A stretch of 64,000 nt of DNA from Chthoniobacteraceae bacterium (GTDB lineage: Bacteria > Verrucomicrobiota > Verrucomicrobiia > Chthoniobacterales > Chthoniobacteraceae), in assembly GCA_037190965.1 (NCBI GenBank), contig JBBCKI010000031.1:1-64000 (forward strand), in the 5' to 3' direction. Shown here one piece after another: positions 59,435 to 64,000 of this stretch; position 1 is the first letter of the stretch, and each line of letters starts with the position of its first letter. A program made the position numbers and the translations under genes. The notes below the pieces were generated by a model. It made no database searches and had not been told where the DNA came from. It saw only the letters and a list, made by a program, of their open reading frames with translations.

Positions 59435-59971
59435 ATGACCAAATCCGAACTTCGCAAAGCCATTCGCTTTCGCCTCGATGCGCTCCCTCCGGAAACGCGC
59501 GACGAAAAATCCGCCGCCATTTGCCGGGAGATCGCCGGTTGCGAGGAATGGAAAGCGGCGCGCACCATCGCTTTTTTCTCTCCGCTCTCTTCGGAACCAA
59601 ACGTCGACCTTCTCTGGGCGGTGCTCGAAACGCGGGCTGTCTGCTACCCGCGCGTGAACGGTGAAAATCTGGTTTTTCTCAGAGTGCCCGATCGCGCCGC
59701 GTTGCTGGAATCACGCTGGAACCTGCTGGAACCGCCGCATCGCGAGGATTCCATCGTGCCCTTCAACGAGATCGACCTGCTGCTGGTCCCCGGGTTGGCG
59801 TTCACGCCCGGCTGCCACCGGATGGGACGGGGAAAAGGATACTACGATCGTCTCCTCGCCGATCCCGCACTCCGCGCCACCGCGCTCGGCGTCTGCTTTG
59901 CCGAACAGGTTGTTCCTCATCTCCCGACGGAAGAACACGACCGGCCTGTCGCACGAGTTGTTTCTGCGTAG
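59435..59971 (+). CDS. 5-formyltetrahydrofolate cyclo-ligase
   Basis: KSELRK, LVPGLAF, RMGRGKGYYDR, EEHD. Confidence 0.92.
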   Translation: MTKSELRKAIRFRLDALPPETRDEKSAAICREIAGCEEWKAARTIAFFSPLSSEPNVDLLWAVLETRAVCYPRVNGENLVFLRVPDRAALLESRWNLLEPPHREDSIVPFNEIDLLLVPGLAFTPGCHRMGRGKGYYDRLLADPALRATALGVCFAEQVVPHLPTEEHDRPVARVVSA

Positions 59972-59974
59972 CGA

Positions 59975-60334
59975 TTATCCCGAACTCCGATGTTGGAGCG
60001 GATGAGCTGGCGCAAGAGGTTGAGTCGCGATAACTTGAGGAAGGGCGAAGCCTTTATAGCGTTTCTCGAAAATAATTTCCGAAAGGTAATGGGAGCGCCG
60101 TGGCTTCTGGAGCAAGGAGCAGAGCGCAGTGGCTGGGGCCGCAGTGCCCCTGCCCCTGCCCCTGCCCCTGCCCCTGCCCAAGCTCAGCGACGCCGCGCCA
60201 GAGGCCGCGCCGCCCCAGTGCCGCCGGAAAGGATTTTTGAGAGGCGCTTTAGATACGGTGAGCCTCTGACGAAAGGCACTCGCGGCCAACAAATTGCGTC
60301 AGATCACCGCGAGCAACGTCGGGGTTCGGGATTA
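59975..60334. repeat. Family C element with about 255-bp insert containing a (TGCCCC)n tract
   Basis: TTATCCCGAACTCCGATGTTGGAGCGG ... CCGCGAGCAACGTCGGGGTTCGGGATTA arms; hexamer tract at about 60145-60179. Confidence 0.72.
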
Positions 60335-60655
60335 GCGCAGGTAGGGAGCGCACCGGATCTTCAGGAGCGCAATCAAGGCAGGATCCATATAGTCGTAGTT
60401 GTCGGGAATATTCAGGACGACAATCCTCTTGCCTTTGAGATGTTCGCCGTAAAGGCGGGTCAATCGGTCACGATGGGCCCTTTCCATCACCAGAATCAAG
60501 TCCGCCCACTCCAGTTGCTCCGGGCTCAACGGCACCTCGGCGTCATGATTCAAACCCGCCGAATCGACTTCAATGCCCGGGATATCCGCGAAAATCGTTT
60601 CGGCGGTAGGGCTCCGAAGTTTGTTCTGCGAGCAAAGAAAGAGCAGATTTTTCAT
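60332..60655 (-). CDS. Low-molecular-weight protein tyrosine phosphatase-like protein
   Basis: LFLCSQNKLRSPTAE (CX5R), SAG, WADLILVME, LNIPDNY. Confidence 0.85.
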   Translation of the reverse strand: MKNLLFLCSQNKLRSPTAETIFADIPGIEVDSAGLNHDAEVPLSPEQLEWADLILVMERAHRDRLTRLYGEHLKGKRIVVLNIPDNYDYMDPALIALLKIRCAPYLR

Positions 60656-60663
60656 TACACGCT

Positions 60664-62853
60664 CTACCTTTTCCTCCCTCGCCTGCGCCATGCCTCGCTT
60701 CGCGCGCTCGCCTGCGAGCCGGTATGCAACCTCAGAAGACATAGCGAACGATCGACAAGCTCCACTTCGTCGCCCGCCGTGAGAAGCTGACCGACGGCGG
60801 CGAACCCCTCATCGAGCTGGGTGTCTAGCACCAGCGCCCATTGCACGTCCTCTTTCCCGGGGAGAACAAATTTGACCGGTTCATAATGCGCGTTGAGCAT
60901 CAAGAGAAAGGTGTCGTCGCGGATCGGCTCCCCGCTTTCGTCGCGCACATCCATGGTGTCGCCGCTCAGGAGCATCGCCAGGCAGCGGACGAAACTGAAA
61001 TTCCACTCTTCGTCAGTCATCTCCCGGCCATTAGGCGCAAACCACATGATGTCTTTGACATCCGAACCCCGGATCTTGCGCCCCTGGAAAAACTTGGGTC
61101 GCCGGAAGATCGGGTGCGCGTGGCGGAGGGCGATGAGCCTCGAGGTAAACTCCAGGAGCTGTTCGCCCTCCTCGTCGCGCTGCCAGGAAAGCCAGCTCAC
61201 CTCGTTGTCCTGACAGTAGGCATTATTGTTTCCATACTGCGTGCGGCCACACTCGTCGCCCGCCGTCAACATCGGCACACCCTGGCTCAAAAACAGCGTT
61301 GCCAGAAAGTTCCGCCGCTGACGGGCACGCAGCCGGTTGATGGCGGGGTCATCCGTCGGCCCTTCCACGCCGCAGTTCCACGAACCGTTGGCGTTTTCGC
61401 CGTCGCGGTTATCCTCGCCGTTCGCAAGGTTATGCTTGGTATTATAGCTAACCAGATCGGCCAGCGTAAACCCGTCGTGCGAGGTGATGAAATTGATGCT
61501 CGCGTAAGGCCGTTTTCCGGTGGACTGGTAGAGATCCGGGCTGCCCGCGAGGCGATAGGCTATCTCCCGCGCGTGCCCTTCGTCGCCCTTCCAATACCGG
61601 CGCACGGCGTCGCGATACTTCCCGTTCCACTCCGCCCAGAGCACCGGAAAATTTCCCACCTGATAGCCGCCTTCGCCCACGTCCCACGGCTCCGCGATCA
61701 ACTTCACGCGGGAGAGGATCGGGTCCTGATGAATAATGTCGAAGAACGCGGAAAGCTTGCTGACGGCATGCGACTCCCGCGCGAGGGTGGAGGCGAGATC
61801 GAACCGGAACCCATCCACGTGCATCTCCGTCACCCAATAGCGGAGCGAGTCCATGATGAGCTGGAGCACGCGGGGATGCATGACATTGAGCGTATTTCCG
61901 CACCCGGTGTAATCCATGTAATACCGGGGCGATTCTGAAATCAGCCGGTAATACGCAAGATTATCGATCCCCCGGAAGCAGAGCGTCGGCCCCAGGTGAT
62001 TTCCTTCCGCCGTATGGTTGTAGACCACATCCAGGATCACCTCGATCCCGGCGGCATGAAGATTCTTCACCATCGTCTTGAATTCGTTGACCTGCTGCCC
62101 GATCACGCCCGATGCGGAATACTTCGCCTCCGGCGCGAAATAACCGATAGTGTTGTAGCCCCAGTAGTTCGTGAGCCCGCGATCCACGAGAAACTTGTCA
62201 TCGACATGCTGATGGACCGGCAGCAGTTCCAGCGTGGTGATACCTAGTTCTTTGAAATACTCGATGGCGAAAGGGCTCCCCAACGCGGCATAGGTGCCGC
62301 GGATCTTCTCGGGCAGCGCCTCGCAAAGCTTGGAGAATCCTTTGACGTGGACTTCGTAAATGACCGACTCGTGCAACGGCTTGCGCGGAGGCTTGTCATT
62401 GCCCCAATCGAACGCGGTATCCACCACCACCGACTTCGGCACGCCCCACCCGTCGTCGCGATAATCGCGGGAGAGATCGGCCTGAGGTGCGCGGAGACTA
62501 TAGCCAAGCATCTCGTCGCTCCAGCGGATCTGCCCCGCGAGCGCCTTCGCGTAGGGATCGATGAGCAGCTTGGAGGAGTTGAAGCGCTGCCCGCGCGCCG
62601 GATCGTATGGCCCATAGACGCGGTAGCCGTAGAGCTGCCCGGGGCGGATGCCGGGGAGAAATACGTGCCAGACCTGGTCGGTCTGCTCCGTCATCCGAAC
62701 GCGCACCTGCTCGTGCGGCGAATCGACGCTTTCGAAGAGGCAGAGATCGACCCCCGTGGCATGCTCCGAGTAAAGGGCAAAGTTCACCCCGTCGCCGCGC
62801 CATGTGGCGCCGAGCGGATACGGTTCACCGAGCCAGACTTTCACGGGGGTCAT
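60664..62853 (-). CDS. glgX: Glycogen debranching enzyme
   Basis: PYPLGATW, NYWGY, DVVYNHTAEG, DGFRFDLA, AEPWD, HDGFTL, NNAYCQDNE. Confidence 0.95.
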   Translation of the reverse strand: MTPVKVWLGEPYPLGATWRGDGVNFALYSEHATGVDLCLFESVDSPHEQVRVRMTEQTDQVWHVFLPGIRPGQLYGYRVYGPYDPARGQRFNSSKLLIDPYAKALAGQIRWSDEMLGYSLRAPQADLSRDYRDDGWGVPKSVVVDTAFDWGNDKPPRKPLHESVIYEVHVKGFSKLCEALPEKIRGTYAALGSPFAIEYFKELGITTLELLPVHQHVDDKFLVDRGLTNYWGYNTIGYFAPEAKYSASGVIGQQVNEFKTMVKNLHAAGIEVILDVVYNHTAEGNHLGPTLCFRGIDNLAYYRLISESPRYYMDYTGCGNTLNVMHPRVLQLIMDSLRYWVTEMHVDGFRFDLASTLARESHAVSKLSAFFDIIHQDPILSRVKLIAEPWDVGEGGYQVGNFPVLWAEWNGKYRDAVRRYWKGDEGHAREIAYRLAGSPDLYQSTGKRPYASINFITSHDGFTLADLVSYNTKHNLANGEDNRDGENANGSWNCGVEGPTDDPAINRLRARQRRNFLATLFLSQGVPMLTAGDECGRTQYGNNNAYCQDNEVSWLSWQRDEEGEQLLEFTSRLIALRHAHPIFRRPKFFQGRKIRGSDVKDIMWFAPNGREMTDEEWNFSFVRCLAMLLSGDTMDVRDESGEPIRDDTFLLMLNAHYEPVKFVLPGKEDVQWALVLDTQLDEGFAAVGQLLTAGDEVELVDRSLCLLRLHTGSQASARSEAWRRRGRKR

Positions 62854-62869
62854 CGCGAAAGCTCGGGGG

Positions 62870-63262
62870 TTATGCCGTCAACACCTGAAGCGCCTTCTTG
62901 GTATTACTGGGGCGCAGGATGAGGAGCCCCTTTTTGGAACCCGGGCTGGTGGCCAGATAGGCGTATTCGATATTCACCTTGGCCTTGCTCAGCCTCTCGG
63001 CGATGAGCGAGAGACTCCCCGGCTTGTTGCTGTTCTCGATCATCAACACCTCGTTCTCCACCACCAGCACGCCCCGTTCTTCGAAAAGGCTGACCGCCTT
63101 CTGCGTATTGCTGACCACCATCCGGACCACCGCGTGATCCGCGCTGTCAGAGATGGTCAAGCCGTAGATATTGATGCCGGCCTTGCCCAGGGCTTCACAC
63201 ACCTCCGCGAGGGTGCCGGGTTTGTTGGCGAGAAAGACGGAAAGCTGGGTAACGAGATCCAT
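62870..63262 (-). CDS. ACT domain protein
   Basis: QLSVFLANKPGTL and NKPGSL...VNIEYAY tandem ACT repeats. Confidence 0.88.
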   Translation of the reverse strand: MDLVTQLSVFLANKPGTLAEVCEALGKAGINIYGLTISDSADHAVVRMVVSNTQKAVSLFEERGVLVVENEVLMIENSNKPGSLSLIAERLSKAKVNIEYAYLATSPGSKKGLLILRPSNTKKALQVLTA

Positions 63263-63349
63263 GGCTGGAATTGTGCGCCGGGATGAGGGAATGCTCAACC
63301 TGATTTCCAATCGGATCGCCCCGGACCCTGCCGCAGAAAGAAAATTGTT

Positions 63350-63425
63350 TCGCGCCAAGATCGCCAAGGCCGCCAAAGCCCATAAGGGAATTCCAAACCT
63401 TGGCGAACTTTGCGTGCTTGGCGCG
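63350..63425. repeat. Imperfect CGCCAAG / CTTGGCG inverted tandem repeat
   Basis: CGCCAAGATCGCCAAGGCCGCCAAAG ... CTTGGCGAACTTTGCGTGCTTGGCG. Confidence 0.55.
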
Positions 63426-63431
63426 AACCCT

Positions 63432-64000
63432 TTACACCAGGCTCCCAAGCCGGACCAATCGCAACGCCGGTTCCCCGGCTTCGCGCGAGCGGGCGAGATC
63501 GACCTCGAACTCCGCCACCCAGTCGTTGGCTTCGTCAGGATCGACCAGCATCTGCTGCACGCGCCATTGCTTCCGATCTTCGGAGGGCGTCATATAAGTA
63601 TGCCGCCGGTTGCGCGCCTCGGGGTCGAGGCGAATTCTGCCGTGCCCGGCAAGATATTCCTCCGTCGCCTGCCGCAGCCGTTCGACGGTCCATGGTTCCT
63701 CTTCAGAAGCGGGCTCCAGCCCCGTGAGCGCCAACTCGTAGTCGGCGTTGGCCAGCGCGCGCAGAAAGGTGAAGAGACGATTACGGATCGCGGCGGTGAA
63801 CGCCTTGGCGTCGCGGGTGATGTCGCGGGCGGCCTCTTCCGCGCCGGGCGGACGAACTTCATCGGTCTCGCCGGGGCGATAGTTCGGGTCGCGCATCTTC
63901 TCCCACTCGTCGAGAAGACTGGAATCGACCTGCCGGATCATTGTGGCGAGGTAAACCTCCATTTCGCGGATCGTCTCGTTTTTGGCCGGATCGGGAACCG
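63432..64000 (-). CDS. C-terminal part of a DUF3516-containing DEAD/DEAH helicase (runs off window)
   Basis: RQVDSSLLDEWE, W.V.Q.L.DP...DW..EFEVDL pattern. Confidence 0.78.
   Translation of the reverse strand, partial: VPDPAKNETIREMEVYLATMIRQVDSSLLDEWEKMRDPNYRPGETDEVRPPGAEEAARDITRDAKAFTAAIRNRLFTFLRALANADYELALTGLEPASEEEPWTVERLRQATEEYLAGHGRIRLDPEARNRRHTYMTPSEDRKQWRVQQMLVDPDEANDWVAEFEVDLARSREAGEPALRLVRLGSLV

Noticed and set aside
8305..60334. Repeats as a CRISPR array
   Set aside because: They are dispersed inverted doublets, not regularly spaced direct repeats, and no cas genes are present.
59990..60790. 266-aa ORF with an APAPAP tract
   Set aside because: It reads through a repeat element and a hexamer microsatellite and is antisense to the phosphatase gene.

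Overview
High-GC bacterial chromosome segment. Gene content and protein style suggest Verrucomicrobiota, possibly Chthoniobacterales-like (inference, no search run). Most of it is housekeeping: fabF, fumC, rfaD, pit/DUF47, purC, manC, accBC, a GldA/F/G-like ABC system, htrA, sucAB, ruvX, truA, a COG0523 GTPase and glgX. Five accessory layers stand out. (1) A divergent five-gene MglA/MglB-type small-GTPase locus with up to four roadblock-like domains, a REC-DUF4388 regulator and a scaffold with an unrecognised duplicated domain. (2) Two lower-GC runs of small co-oriented genes separated by decayed attC-like sites, with no integrase in the window; one run has an attI-like head. (3) A fossil tandem duplication with a cobW'/ruvX' microhomology junction, whose first copy lacks the cassette run. 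(4) Several dispersed palindromic repeat families, including nested elements with variable cargo. (5) A candidate structured 5' leader upstream of a deoxyhypusine-synthase-family gene. No rRNA, intact tRNA, CRISPR array or transposase was seen. Start codons were adjusted by eye from the ORF track.
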